Assembly: GCA_001787405.1 (NCBI GenBank)
Contig: MFWV01000003.1
Coordinates: 64,790-128,789 of the forward strand
From: Candidatus Pacebacteria bacterium RIFOXYA1_FULL_38_18
Lineage (GTDB): Bacteria; Patescibacteriota; Microgenomatia; UBA1400; PJMF01
Length of the DNA: 64,000 nt
Direction of reading: 5' to 3'
Numbering within the stretch: position 1 is the stretch's first letter; each line of letters opens with the position of its first letter. The notes below the pieces were generated by a model, which was given only the letters and a program-made list of their open reading frames with translations, was not told the origin of the DNA and made no database searches. This document shows, piece by piece, positions 38,679 to 48,771 of the stretch. The position numbers and the translations under genes were made by a program.

Positions 38679-39422
38679 ATGACAGAAATTTATAAACAAA
38701 ATGAAGAAGAATCTTTTAAACAAGAAATGATTTTGTCAGCTAAAAATGCTGGAAAAATGGCAGAGCAAATAGCGCTATTAATTCCTCAGGAATTTAGAGC
38801 TGAAGTAGTTCAGGCCGAAATGCTCATGGTTTTAGGAGGCATTAAAGCAACATCTGACATCACTTGGGTTTTAGATGATTTTTCAGAGGAAAACGCAGGG
38901 CAATTAGTGACTGCTTTTAACAGTGTTGATATTGAGATTTCGCTAGATAAGCCAATCATTACCAAGACTGGCAAGATGCTCATTTGTGGAAAGATTAGTA
39001 ATCTTTCTTGTCTTGAAAAAGAAACACGCGAGAGTGATTTGGTGCCACCCTATACTCGAGATATTAGCGTTGCTGAATATATTGCGATTTGTGACGCAAG
39101 GGGTATTGATCGGAGGGTCAGCATGGGAAAAATTTATTCTTTTCCAGAATCGGCAATCAAAGATCGCTTGACAGTAAATAATTTTACTGAAGAACAGATA
39201 GAGGCAAAGAAATATCTGGTAAATCGTGGTGGAGAAACTTATTTTTTCTTTGATTCTCCCAAACAAGACGTGATTGAAAGAGAGGAAAAGAAAAAAATAT
39301 TTTTGCAAGAGTTGAGTCTTTCAGCAGAATTGCAGAGAGCAATAACTTTGGCTGGTGGCAGAAAAGTAATTAGAACCTGGGGCTTAAGAAGACCAGAAAT
39401 GATGGGTGTACGGGAATATTAA
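38679..39422 (+). CDS. Hypothetical protein
   Basis: ORF-track ORF, 247 aa; preceded by nested hairpins. Confidence 0.4.
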   Translation: MTEIYKQNEEESFKQEMILSAKNAGKMAEQIALLIPQEFRAEVVQAEMLMVLGGIKATSDITWVLDDFSEENAGQLVTAFNSVDIEISLDKPIITKTGKMLICGKISNLSCLEKETRESDLVPPYTRDISVAEYIAICDARGIDRRVSMGKIYSFPESAIKDRLTVNNFTEEQIEAKKYLVNRGGETYFFFDSPKQDVIEREEKKKIFLQELSLSAELQRAITLAGGRKVIRTWGLRRPEMMGVREY

Positions 39423-39589
39423 TTTCTCCGATTACAACTCGCCTATCTCTTTCATAGTTTTTGAAAGAGATGGAGGAGATGCAATCTCCTGTGTGAGAAC
39501 AAGATAGCCTTGTTCATCACGCACTTTAAAAGAAAAAAGAGGGTGCTCTAGTTATTCAAAAATTCAAGTTTGATAATTCACGGAGGTGA

Positions 39590-39853
39590 ATGGTGAAAAA
39601 GTTAAAAGAGTATTTTGAAAAAGTTTTTGGAAAGATTTTTGGAAAAATTGGTTCCAAAACTGACGACCCAGACAAAAAGGAAGAACCTGTTCGCGGTGAT
39701 CCTCCAGAAGGTGAGAATCCCGAGGTCGACGACGACCCGGTTGGCGGTTTGGTGCACAATGGTTTTTTTAAGTGGAGCAACGCCAAAGATCTCGAGCCCA
39801 GCGAAGAAATGGAGGATTTGATCAGGCTTGGTGCCTTTAACCACCCACACTAA
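39590..39853 (+). CDS. Small acidic hypothetical protein
   Basis: GGAGGTGA RBS; 87 aa; terminator hairpin follows. Confidence 0.4.
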   Translation: MVKKLKEYFEKVFGKIFGKIGSKTDDPDKKEEPVRGDPPEGENPEVDDDPVGGLVHNGFFKWSNAKDLEPSEEMEDLIRLGAFNHPH

Positions 39854-39900
39854 ACTAGTTAAATTCTTCTAACTAGCCCCAGCCCCTCTTTTTTTCTCTA

Positions 39901-39930
39901 GGCCCATCGCAAGGTGGGCCTATTTTTTTA
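39901..39930 (+). terminator. Rho-independent terminator
   Basis: GGCCCATCGCAAGGTGGGCC hairpin followed by TATTTTTTT. Confidence 0.6.
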
Positions 39931-40094
39931 ACAGCAACCCAATGCCAATATTTTCACTCACCAAGTTTAACTTATAGACTTATAGGATATTACTGTTATA
40001 CTGACTATCTTCGGTTTGAAATTCCCTCATTTTAATTATTTGGCGGAAGATGCGATTCTCTCCGCGCTATTTAGTATTTAAAAAACAAGGCATT

Positions 40095-41273
40095 ATGTCC
40101 TATCAATTCAATAGGCGTGGGCGTTCATTTCGTCCTCGTCATCAGTCAAATAACCGCAGACCTCAGCGATCTAGTATTCCGCGATCTCATTATGTGAGTA
40201 CGCCAGTAGCTCCTATTCAGGAAGAAGCTTATTTGGCAGTCAATACTTTTGCAGACTTTGGTTTGCACGAGCAATTACTGGCAAATGTTATGCGTCGAGG
40301 TTATAGCAAGCCAACTCCTATTCAAGATCAAGCCATTCCGGTTTTGATGAGTGGTAAGGATGTGGTGGGAATTGCCAATACCGGTACTGGTAAAACGGCA
40401 GCTTTTTTATTGCCGTTGATTGATAAATTATTGAAAGATCCCAATCAGGGAGTCTTGATTTTGGCTCCTACTCGCGAACTAGCTTTGCAAATTCAAGAAG
40501 AACTAAAAGCCTTTTTGATTGATTTACCTTTGGGTACCGCTTTGTGTATCGGAGGCATGAATATTAATAGACAAATTTTACGTCTCAAAGATAAGCCTCA
40601 TTTTGTGATTGGTACTCCTGGCAGAGTCAAAGATCTTATCAATCGTCATAAATTCAAAACTGCTCTTTTTACCAATATTGTCTTGGATGAAGTGGATAGA
40701 ATGCTGGACATTGGTTTTCGTCACGATATTTTATTTTTGATTTCCAAACTGCCACCTCAACGTCATGCAGCACTATTTAGTGCCACGATGGATAGAGGCG
40801 CTGAAGCAATCATGAAGCAATTCTTGAAGGATCCAGTCACGATCAGTGTCAAAAAAAGAGAATCCGCTTTGCAGATTTATCAAGATATTGTGACTATTAA
40901 ACCAGGAGAAAATAAAGTAGATGTACTTTGTAAACTCTTGTTCCAAAAAGAATTCAACAAAGTAATTGTTTTTGGCAGGACCAAGCGAGGAATTAATAAA
41001 CTGGAAAAACAACTCTATGATCGTCGGCTCAATGTGAGCGCCATTCATGGTAATAAAACTCAGAGCGCCAGAAAACGTTCACTTTTAGACTTCAAACAAG
41101 GTAGGGTGCAAGCCTTACTGGCTACTGATGTGGTAGCTAGGGGCATTGACGTGGATGATGTTTCTCACGTCATCAATTTTGACGAGCCTCTGACTTATGA
41201 GGATTATATTCATCGTATTGGTAGAACTGGTCGAGCTGGCAAGGTTGGCAAAGCTCTAACTTTTATTTCGTAA
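40095..41273 (+). CDS. DEAD-box ATP-dependent RNA helicase (minimal, no C-terminal extension)
   Basis: Q motif region, Walker A ANTGTGKTAAF, PTRELA, motif II VLDEVDRM (DEVD variant), SAT, HRIGRTGRAG; start refined to ATG 40095. Confidence 0.85.
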   Translation: MSYQFNRRGRSFRPRHQSNNRRPQRSSIPRSHYVSTPVAPIQEEAYLAVNTFADFGLHEQLLANVMRRGYSKPTPIQDQAIPVLMSGKDVVGIANTGTGKTAAFLLPLIDKLLKDPNQGVLILAPTRELALQIQEELKAFLIDLPLGTALCIGGMNINRQILRLKDKPHFVIGTPGRVKDLINRHKFKTALFTNIVLDEVDRMLDIGFRHDILFLISKLPPQRHAALFSATMDRGAEAIMKQFLKDPVTISVKKRESALQIYQDIVTIKPGENKVDVLCKLLFQKEFNKVIVFGRTKRGINKLEKQLYDRRLNVSAIHGNKTQSARKRSLLDFKQGRVQALLATDVVARGIDVDDVSHVINFDEPLTYEDYIHRIGRTGRAGKVGKALTFIS

Positions 41274-41277
41274 TCAA

Positions 41278-41937
41278 TTATTGGTGAGCTTGGAGTGTCT
41301 GCATAATTTCTGGCCAGGTTTTTGCTGCTGGATGATCAGGAGTGATAGGTCCTCGGAAAAGCAGGGCAGAGATTAGCGGATTGCTGAGAGCGAATATTGC
41401 CTCAAAAAGTTTGAGACTATCATCAATCATCACGACTGGTTTGTTTTTCTCTTGTGCTATTTTTTCCAACTCTCCTATTTTCCAAGCAACTGTCTCTGCA
41501 AGCGGAACGCTTTTGGGTCTGGCAATTACTTCTCTTGCGGGAAAACCATTCTTGATTAATTCCTTACGACTCAACTCAGTTAAAGTCTCTGGTCTGGTAG
41601 TCAAATATCCATGTAAAGCAGCCTCAAAACTAGCTATAGCTTCTCTAGCTCCTGGCATGAGTGGAAGTCCTGAATTAAATTCTGGACTATTTCTCATGGC
41701 TCCATTGGCCTCTTGGTACCAGGGAAAACGCTGATAAGCTTGATGAGTGCCTCCCACGGCTAATACTTCTGGGAGGGTGGGTATCTCAATTTCTCCCTTT
41801 TTTTCTGCTAGTTGTGTTAACTGTCTTTGATGTTCTTCTATGGAATTAAAGATCACTTCATCAAGATCAGATACGACGAGAAAATCAGGTTCTTCGGTTG
41901 GTTGTACAGATGGTAATTTTTCTATATTTCCAGGCAT
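41278..41937 (-). CDS. HAD-superfamily hydrolase-like protein
   Basis: Motif I-like VVSDLDEVIF and motif IV-like VVMIDDS. Confidence 0.4.
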   Translation of the reverse strand: MPGNIEKLPSVQPTEEPDFLVVSDLDEVIFNSIEEHQRQLTQLAEKKGEIEIPTLPEVLAVGGTHQAYQRFPWYQEANGAMRNSPEFNSGLPLMPGAREAIASFEAALHGYLTTRPETLTELSRKELIKNGFPAREVIARPKSVPLAETVAWKIGELEKIAQEKNKPVVMIDDSLKLFEAIFALSNPLISALLFRGPITPDHPAAKTWPEIMQTLQAHQ

Positions 41938-42109
41938 TTTATTAAACTAAAACTTAATGACGAGATACTATCAGTAAATTACCCGAAGATCAAGCAAATT
42001 GAGAACTGATTGAGTTTTGCTCAATCTTGGCTTTTTTGAACAAATTTTTGATTTTGGGAAGATTTATGAGATTTACAGAGTCGCTTTTTACTGGTTATAA
42101 TCAGTCCTA

Positions 42110-43168
42110 GTGTCGTTAAATTTTTATCAAGCTTTGGGAAAAACCGAGACCTGGCCGAACCTCAGTCAAGTGAGTCCTGCTAGTCTTACTTATGATGATG
42201 TTTTGCTAGTTCCGCAGACTCTCACAGAAGTTTCTTCTAGAAAAAAAACCGATGTTTCCGTCAAGTTTGGTCCTTTTGTTTTGAAAAAACCTATTGTAGC
42301 GTCTCCCATGGACACCGTCAGTGGTGAGCGAATGGCGCGCTTGATGTACAAATTGGGTGGTTTGGCTTTTATGCCCAGAGTTTTTATTAATGAGGCTTTG
42401 ACAGCTTGCCGGCGTTTGCAAAAAGACAAAGTTGAGGCAGTTTATTCCATTGGTTTGAAAAATGCTGCGGCAGATGCCACTCAATTCAAGAAATTGGGAA
42501 TTAAGGTCTTATTACTGGATGTAGCTCACGGTGGCATGAAAAATGTGGTAGAAACAGCAGCAGAGATTCAAGCCAAACTAAAGCTAACCGTGATTGCTGG
42601 TAATATTGTCAGTTTTGATCAGGCCATGTCCTATAAAAAAGCTGGTCTGAAAATTGCCAGAGTAGGAGTGGGTGGTGGTGGTTTGTGTACTACTCGACTG
42701 GTGGCTGGAACTGGCTTTCCCCAACTGTCAGCAGTTTTTGAAACAGTTTCCTCTGGATTGGAAATTATTGCTGATGGAGGAATTCGCAAACCAGCTGATT
42801 TTAGTAAAGCTATCGCAGCGGGAGCTAGAGTGATCATGATTGGTTCCATGTTGGCAGGCACCGAAGAAGCTCCTGGAGAGGTAGAGGGCGGATTCAAAAA
42901 AGCGCGCGGTCAAGCTTCCGAGGATTACATGAAAGATAATGGTTCTAAGTTGGGTGAGTTTCGCAGTGCTGAAGGTATTACGACGATGGTGCCATATAAA
43001 GGCTCGGCTGAGTGGATTATTAATGATTTGATAGGTGGTTTGCGCAGTGCCATGTCCTATGTGGGAGCCAAAAATATTGCTGATTTTCAGAAAAATGCTC
43101 AATTTGCGATGGCCTCACCGGCAGCTCAGGGGGAGAATGTGGCTCACATCATTTATAACAAAAAATAA
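42110..43168 (+). CDS. IMP dehydrogenase/GMP reductase family protein (no CBS insert)
   Basis: Catalytic Cys loop GVGGGGLCTTRLVAGTGFPQLSAV and GGIRKPADFSKAIAAGA; 352 aa, closer to GuaC-size. Confidence 0.7.
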   Translation: MSLNFYQALGKTETWPNLSQVSPASLTYDDVLLVPQTLTEVSSRKKTDVSVKFGPFVLKKPIVASPMDTVSGERMARLMYKLGGLAFMPRVFINEALTACRRLQKDKVEAVYSIGLKNAAADATQFKKLGIKVLLLDVAHGGMKNVVETAAEIQAKLKLTVIAGNIVSFDQAMSYKKAGLKIARVGVGGGGLCTTRLVAGTGFPQLSAVFETVSSGLEIIADGGIRKPADFSKAIAAGARVIMIGSMLAGTEEAPGEVEGGFKKARGQASEDYMKDNGSKLGEFRSAEGITTMVPYKGSAEWIINDLIGGLRSAMSYVGAKNIADFQKNAQFAMASPAAQGENVAHIIYNKK

Positions 43169-43239
43169 ATTGCTGTGATTTAAAAAACCTGGAAATTAAT
43201 TAGGAAATTAATTAATTATTAACTATTTAATTAATTATT

Positions 43240-43626
43240 TTAAAGATGATCTTCTTCATCCATTTCAGCATCTTTTTTGGTTTGGTGAATGGTGCCATCT
43301 TTATGATGGGGTGGTGCATAAATGGTATAAAGTTTGAGTGGTCTTTCAGCCGAAGTATTGATGATGTTGTGTTCAGCGCCAGCGGGAATGATGATAACGT
43401 CGTCGTCCGTAATTGATTGTGTCTCACCATTAATGATTACTTTACCCTCGCCAGCTTCAACTCGGAAAAACTGATCAGTAGTTTGATGAGTTTCCAAACT
43501 AATCTCTTCATTTGGTAGTAATGACATCAGAACCAATTGCAGGTGCTGACCGGTAAAAAGTACTTGTCTGAAGTTTGGGTTGGCCAGGGTGGCTTTTTTG
43601 ATATTGGTTAAATAACCGATTTTCAT
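43240..43626 (-). CDS. Cupin domain protein
   Basis: 128 aa; cupin motifs (H.TDQFFRVEAGEG...IIIPAGAEHNI). Confidence 0.55.
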   Translation of the reverse strand: MKIGYLTNIKKATLANPNFRQVLFTGQHLQLVLMSLLPNEEISLETHQTTDQFFRVEAGEGKVIINGETQSITDDDVIIIPAGAEHNIINTSAERPLKLYTIYAPPHHKDGTIHQTKKDAEMDEEDHL

Positions 43627-43779
43627 ATTTTCTCCTTAATTTAAACTAATGTTAATGATGCTTTAAAATAGCAACGAATGGGGAGTGTCATCAGTCAATG
43701 CCATTGTAGCAAACTGTTAACTGCCATTCAAATAAGTTGCCAACTTGGCAAGTGAAAAACGGTAGGGTATGATGTTGCT

Positions 43780-44601
43780 ATGAAGATGCGTCTGAAAATT
43801 CGTTGGTGGTTGGTTGCTAGTATCTTCCTTTTTTTCGTCATTAGTTTTTTGGTTGGGCTATTTTTTTCTATTCAACTAGATAAAAATACAAATCGGTTGT
43901 TGACTATCGTCAATTGTCAGCAAGCTGATTTAGTCAAAGATGTGAAGTATTTTTTGATGACTTGGAGTAAAAGTATAGAACAATATGGTTATTTATTGAC
44001 GTCTCCCTGTGATGATCAAATAATTAGAATTATTGACGATGACCCCCGTTTTACGACTTATGGTGTGGTTACTCTTGATGGAAATGTAGTTTGCACCAAA
44101 AATCAGCAAGAAACGAATGTTAGTCTTGGTGATAGGTCATATATTCAACAAGCTATTGCTACCAAGCAGCTTTCCATGAGTGGTTTCCAAATAGGTCGTT
44201 TTACTGGCAAAGGTGTGGTGGCATATGCTTATCCGGTTTTTGATAATCAGGGGAATGTAATAAAAGTAGTATTTTTGGGAGTTGATTTGAAGTGGATGAA
44301 TGATTTTTTTGAAAAACTCGATTTACCGAAAGATTCTGAGCTAATTCTCAGTGATCCGCAGGGTGTAATTGAGGTTTATTATCCAGAAACAAATGAATTA
44401 ATTGGTGAACAAATGTTTAACTCAAAAATTTTTAGTATTGTTTTAGCTCAGCAAGAGGGAAAATTAAGAACCAAAGGAATTGATGGAACTAGAAGAAAAT
44501 ATATTTATGGTCCGATTTACCTAAATGATGATGAAACGGTTGACGCATTTTTATTATTTGGTCTGCCTCGTTGGCCAGATGTTGATTATAATCTTTTTTA
44601 G
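43780..44601 (+). CDS. Membrane-anchored hypothetical protein
   Basis: N-terminal TM signal anchor; no motif. Confidence 0.4.
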   Translation: MKMRLKIRWWLVASIFLFFVISFLVGLFFSIQLDKNTNRLLTIVNCQQADLVKDVKYFLMTWSKSIEQYGYLLTSPCDDQIIRIIDDDPRFTTYGVVTLDGNVVCTKNQQETNVSLGDRSYIQQAIATKQLSMSGFQIGRFTGKGVVAYAYPVFDNQGNVIKVVFLGVDLKWMNDFFEKLDLPKDSELILSDPQGVIEVYYPETNELIGEQMFNSKIFSIVLAQQEGKLRTKGIDGTRRKYIYGPIYLNDDETVDAFLLFGLPRWPDVDYNLF

Positions 44602-44603
44602 AA

Positions 44604-45677
44604 TTAGTTCGGTTCGAAAACTCTAGTAACTGAGTTCAAAATCTCCAAGATAAATTGATCGGTTATACCAACAAAATAAACTAAAGTTTTTCCAGCATTT
44701 TGTATTTTATTATCAACTGTGTTTTGTTCAATTTCGGTGGTTTGTTCACCCAGTACCTTGGTTTTACTAGAAAAATCTAACTTGGGACCAGTGCCAGTTT
44801 CTGATTCTTCTTTTAGATTTGTGGTTTCTTTAGTATTAATTTTTTCTGTGCTGGGAATAAATTGTGAAATTTCGTCGTCATTTTTTATTTTCTCTGGAAG
44901 AATAAGGTAGCCTATGGCATTTAATTCCTTAAGCACATTAGTGCCACGTCCGTCATTAGCCAAAATCAATGAACTGGATAAGAATCTAACTTCAACAGTG
45001 CCTGGTTTTTGAGTTTGAAAATAAACAGTGGCAAATTTGCCTACTGGTCCTTCAAAACCAGGATTGGGCAAACCACCGCTCAGACGAACGAAACCAAGAG
45101 TGTTATTAATTTCCTCTTGAATGAAGATAGTAGCAAATGAATTTAGTTTGGAAATTTCTATCACCTGTAAAAATTGAGGATCAAAAGCAAGGTCTATTTG
45201 CATGGCATTAATCGGAGTTTCAATACCAGCTACTTCTAAATTGAGCGGGAAAATTTCTCCTAGTAAATACTGTTTCTCTGTGGGGATAAGGATAGTAGCA
45301 GTTTTGGGGGTGATGGGAAAGCCAAAACTACGCAAGGCTTTTATTTCTAAAAAAATTAAACCAACAGAACCCAAAGCAAGAATAAGCAGAATTATACTAT
45401 TCAAAATAACAGATCTAAAGTTACGAGGAAAGGGACGTTGGTTTTTTTCAACTCTTTTTTTACATAATTCGCAATATTCACCCTGTTTACAAGTTTGACA
45501 AGCAAAACAAATTACTGAGCTTGGCGAAACAAGCCAAATTAAAGGATAACCGAAGGCAATAAAAAGACCAGCTAGAGCAAAGAGATGAATTCCTAACCAG
45601 GCAAAAATTACAAAAGTTATTACATTCAAAACAATTCGTATTTTTTTAGAAACGCTAATAAATTTTATTTTTGGCAT
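44604..45677 (-). CDS. Membrane protein with Cys-rich (zinc-ribbon-like) segment
   Basis: CFACQTCKQGEYCELCKK; several TM helices; last gene of the minus-strand surface-protein cluster. Confidence 0.4.
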   Translation of the reverse strand: MPKIKFISVSKKIRIVLNVITFVIFAWLGIHLFALAGLFIAFGYPLIWLVSPSSVICFACQTCKQGEYCELCKKRVEKNQRPFPRNFRSVILNSIILLILALGSVGLIFLEIKALRSFGFPITPKTATILIPTEKQYLLGEIFPLNLEVAGIETPINAMQIDLAFDPQFLQVIEISKLNSFATIFIQEEINNTLGFVRLSGGLPNPGFEGPVGKFATVYFQTQKPGTVEVRFLSSSLILANDGRGTNVLKELNAIGYLILPEKIKNDDEISQFIPSTEKINTKETTNLKEESETGTGPKLDFSSKTKVLGEQTTEIEQNTVDNKIQNAGKTLVYFVGITDQFILEILNSVTRVFEPN

Positions 45678-45683
45678 TACTAC

Positions 45684-46304
45684 TTACAATATATGGTATA
45701 ACAACACTGACAAATCTACTAGATCACACTCTTGGTCTTGATTTACATCGCATTTTAGTGGTTCTAATACCACTCGATCAGTCGACAGATTGGTGACAAA
45801 ATTAACCCATTCACCAATCCAAACGTCGATTATAGAATTTAGTTCTTCTTGAGTAATTTTTCCGTCGTGATTAGTATCAAAAATAGCTATTGGAGTGGGT
45901 AATAGCGGTACAGCAGTTACTCTTTCTTGAGTAATTTCTACTGTGGGGATGACTGCAAGTGTGGAAGTAATGGCAGTCAATTCATGATTGGTAGTTGGGG
46001 TAGGTGTGGGAGTGGGTGTGGGAGTGGGTGTGGGAGCAGGTGTGGGAGTCGGTGTGGGAGTAGGCGCTGTTCCATAACAGCCTAGTTCATCGAATTCGCA
46101 GGCAATATCACAGCTCAAGTCTCCAGCGAAATATCCTAGGGAGCGACAAGTTTGGTCTCTGAGATCCAGATTATCGCATTCTTCGCTTCCTTCAGCTACC
46201 AAATCTCCACAAACACTAAGTCTGACGGTGGCAGTCACATCTTGTGAGACCGCTGAGGCCGACCTAACAGTCAACAGCAGAAATAAGGCAGCTAAAACTA
46301 TCAT
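45684..46304 (-). CDS. Secreted protein with (TP)n linker and dockerin/EF-hand-like Ca-binding repeats
   Basis: Signal peptide; TPTPTPTP linker; DTNHDGKITQEE and DVNQDQECDLVD loops. Confidence 0.45.
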   Translation of the reverse strand: MIVLAALFLLLTVRSASAVSQDVTATVRLSVCGDLVAEGSEECDNLDLRDQTCRSLGYFAGDLSCDIACEFDELGCYGTAPTPTPTPTPAPTPTPTPTPTPTPTTNHELTAITSTLAVIPTVEITQERVTAVPLLPTPIAIFDTNHDGKITQEELNSIIDVWIGEWVNFVTNLSTDRVVLEPLKCDVNQDQECDLVDLSVLLYHIL

Positions 46305-46984
46305 TCTTCATCGTTTTTTTTATCGGTTGTAAAAGTATTCTTTTTTGTTCTTTTTTTCAAACTAATGTCTAGACTGATGAAGTTGCGAACTATTTTGATT
46401 ATTATCAGAAAAGAAAATGTGCCGGTAATGATTTGAGGAATTGGTTGGTATTTGTTCCAAAGTGACAACGCACGATAATAAAATCCCTCCCAGGTGTTGG
46501 CTGGAGCAATGGTGAAATATAATTTACTGGCAGCAGCCACACCAATGGAAGCGCCACTGGGATTATTTGAAGTAGCTATTGGCCGTGCCTCCAAAAAAGC
46601 AAAATAATCACCTGGCACAGTTTTGACTGGTAGAGTCAGAGTCACCTCTACAATTTTTCCCTCGCCTGGTTCTAGACTAAATTTTTCAGGCTTATAAGTA
46701 AACCAGTCTACGTTTGGTCGCATTTCTGATTGATTTTCACGAAAAGAAACATCGAGAATATATTCACCAGCTTCGTCACCAGTATTAATGACTGAAATAG
46801 AAGGCAATTGATAAAGAATACCAGGCTTCAATTCTTCTTCAAGTTGAATTCTGCCGGTACCCACACCTACGCCTATAGAAGCTTGAGCTGAAGGCGTAAA
46901 CAAAAGAGCTAAACTCAAAAAAGAAAATAAAAAAAGTCTAAACCTCATGATCTCGACTTTATCACTTGATAATTGTAAACGCAA
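46301..46984 (-). CDS. Cell-surface protein with signal peptide and C-terminal TM anchor plus basic tail (DUF916/DUF3324-like architecture)
   Basis: N-terminal signal, C-terminal FSFLIIIKIVRNFISLDISLKKRTKKN anchor; 4-nt overlap with the downstream gene. Confidence 0.4.
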   Translation of the reverse strand: MRLQLSSDKVEIMRFRLFLFSFLSLALLFTPSAQASIGVGVGTGRIQLEEELKPGILYQLPSISVINTGDEAGEYILDVSFRENQSEMRPNVDWFTYKPEKFSLEPGEGKIVEVTLTLPVKTVPGDYFAFLEARPIATSNNPSGASIGVAAASKLYFTIAPANTWEGFYYRALSLWNKYQPIPQIITGTFSFLIIIKIVRNFISLDISLKKRTKKNTFTTDKKNDEE

Positions 46985-47019
46985 GTTACCTTTGCGAATT
47001 AAAACTTCTAAACTTCTAA

Positions 47020-47544
47020 TTAAGAGGCTGATGCTAAAACAGTAACGGTTAATGATTCTTCTGCTGTAACGACAGTGGCTGTCGGAGACAAGAATTGTAA
47101 ATCAAAAACTTGAGTACCGCTTTCTGTCACAGAAGTGGCCAAGGCCTGGTAGCTAGCAGTCAGGGCGGTCCAGGTGGGAGAAGTGTCGCAATCTGTAATA
47201 CAAAATTTATGAGCAAACGTTTCCGATCCTGCTGTGCTAGACAGTGTCCAATTGCTTGAATCCTGAGCTTTAATATCAAAATCTTCAGTGACATTGCCAT
47301 TATTAGTGGTAGTTTGACTATCATTAACTCCATTGGTAGTAGTGTCTGTACTACTACTAGTGTTAATAGTGCCATAAGTTACGGAACCGTCTGTAACTGT
47401 CAAAGAAATGCTAGCAATAGTCACGGTAGCAGTGACATCAGCAGATGCGGCAGCATAAGCTAGTGGTGAAAAAACCAAGGTAGTTGCAATCAAACTAACA
47501 ATGACTTCTGTTGGGGAAATCCCAAGCAAGCGACCTAACCTCAT
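47020..47544 (-). CDS. Secreted Ser/Thr-rich protein with WxL-like motifs
   Basis: Signal peptide; SNWTLSST and PTWTAL motifs near the C-terminus. Confidence 0.4.
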   Translation of the reverse strand: MRLGRLLGISPTEVIVSLIATTLVFSPLAYAAASADVTATVTIASISLTVTDGSVTYGTINTSSSTDTTTNGVNDSQTTTNNGNVTEDFDIKAQDSSNWTLSSTAGSETFAHKFCITDCDTSPTWTALTASYQALATSVTESGTQVFDLQFLSPTATVVTAEESLTVTVLASAS

Positions 47545-47665
47545 AGCTCCTCCTTTTTATCGCTAATGTACAAAAATATACTCACTTTAAAGGATATCAA
47601 GTAAAAAAAATCAATGCAATATGATTAAATATATCAAATTAAATAAAAAAAACGATGAAATTGAG

Positions 47666-48664
47666 CTATGGTGATGAGGCAACAATGGTAATTGTGGCGC
47701 TGTGTTGTGAAAGCGATGAAGAGCCAGTGGGAGTTGTTAATCTGAGCGACAGATTACGAGTGGCACTCTGAGCTACATTAGTGTCAAAAGTGTAGTTAGT
47801 GTCAGCAGCAGCAAAAGTAGTCCAGCCAGTACCATCATTGTTAGAAAACTCCCAAAAAACCTGATCACTACCGTTAGCTAATGAACCCAAAACCCAGGTA
47901 TTACTACCATCAGAAAAAGTAGTAGATCTGACATCAAGGTTAGCTGGCCCAGTGTCTACAGAAATGGTTTCTGGATGATTGAGACCAGTACTAGTAGTAT
48001 CTCTAGTGGTGTTTTCTGCCTGATAGCCAAATCCCACTATGCCGTCCGTAGTGAGAGAAATACTCACTGCCACTGGGACCGAATAAGTGATGTCAGCATA
48101 AACAGCACTAACTTTGATGGTAGAAGTAGCTCCTCCTCCACTTTTGGAAGCAGTTAATCTGACAGTTAATGAATCTAGTTGGGCCTGAGTAAGCGATAAG
48201 CCACTAAAAGTAACAGAATCCCAAGTATCTGTGGTTCTTTTTGGAAGAGCAGTAGCATCAGACCTAGTGGTTGTTTCATCATCATCATAAAGCTGAACAG
48301 CAACTAAGCCGTTGCTAACATCATTGTGGTACACCCAAACTATTACCTGACTAACACTGCCGACATTAATTAATGATGACATCCTAAAATTAATACTGGC
48401 GGCGACGTTGGCGACACCAGAAATATAATCGGTGGTGGTGGGCGAAGTAGGTTGCCTGATTGCTTCATCAACAGTGGTATAAAAAGTACCAGTAGGGGTG
48501 GCTGACCAGGATCCAGTAGCTCCATCTCCATTGGGATCAATAAAGCCACTATCAGCATTTGCAAAGGGAATTCTTATGATCCAGTTAACCGGCCAGCAAG
48601 GGAAAATGGCCATTCCCCACACAGCCAAGGTGAGCAAAATAAGATTTTTAGTTTTACCTGACAT
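47666..48664 (-). CDS. Secreted Ser/Thr-rich surface protein (WxL-like)
   Basis: Signal peptide; Thr/Ser-rich beta-like sequence; WVLGSL and GWTTF motifs. Confidence 0.4.
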   Translation of the reverse strand: MSGKTKNLILLTLAVWGMAIFPCWPVNWIIRIPFANADSGFIDPNGDGATGSWSATPTGTFYTTVDEAIRQPTSPTTTDYISGVANVAASINFRMSSLINVGSVSQVIVWVYHNDVSNGLVAVQLYDDDETTTRSDATALPKRTTDTWDSVTFSGLSLTQAQLDSLTVRLTASKSGGGATSTIKVSAVYADITYSVPVAVSISLTTDGIVGFGYQAENTTRDTTSTGLNHPETISVDTGPANLDVRSTTFSDGSNTWVLGSLANGSDQVFWEFSNNDGTGWTTFAAADTNYTFDTNVAQSATRNLSLRLTTPTGSSSLSQHSATITIVASSP

Positions 48665-48771
48665 TTGATAAGATAATTACTTTTTATACTGTACTGAAAG
48701 AAGAGGGGTCTTGACAAGAGGATGTGATTTTCTTCATTGGAACCAAGATAGCAGGTGCTATACTTTTTAAC

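Noticed and set aside
42190-43102. Minus-strand ORFs inside the IMPDH/GMP reductase gene
   Set aside because: Antisense to a gene with clear catalytic motifs.
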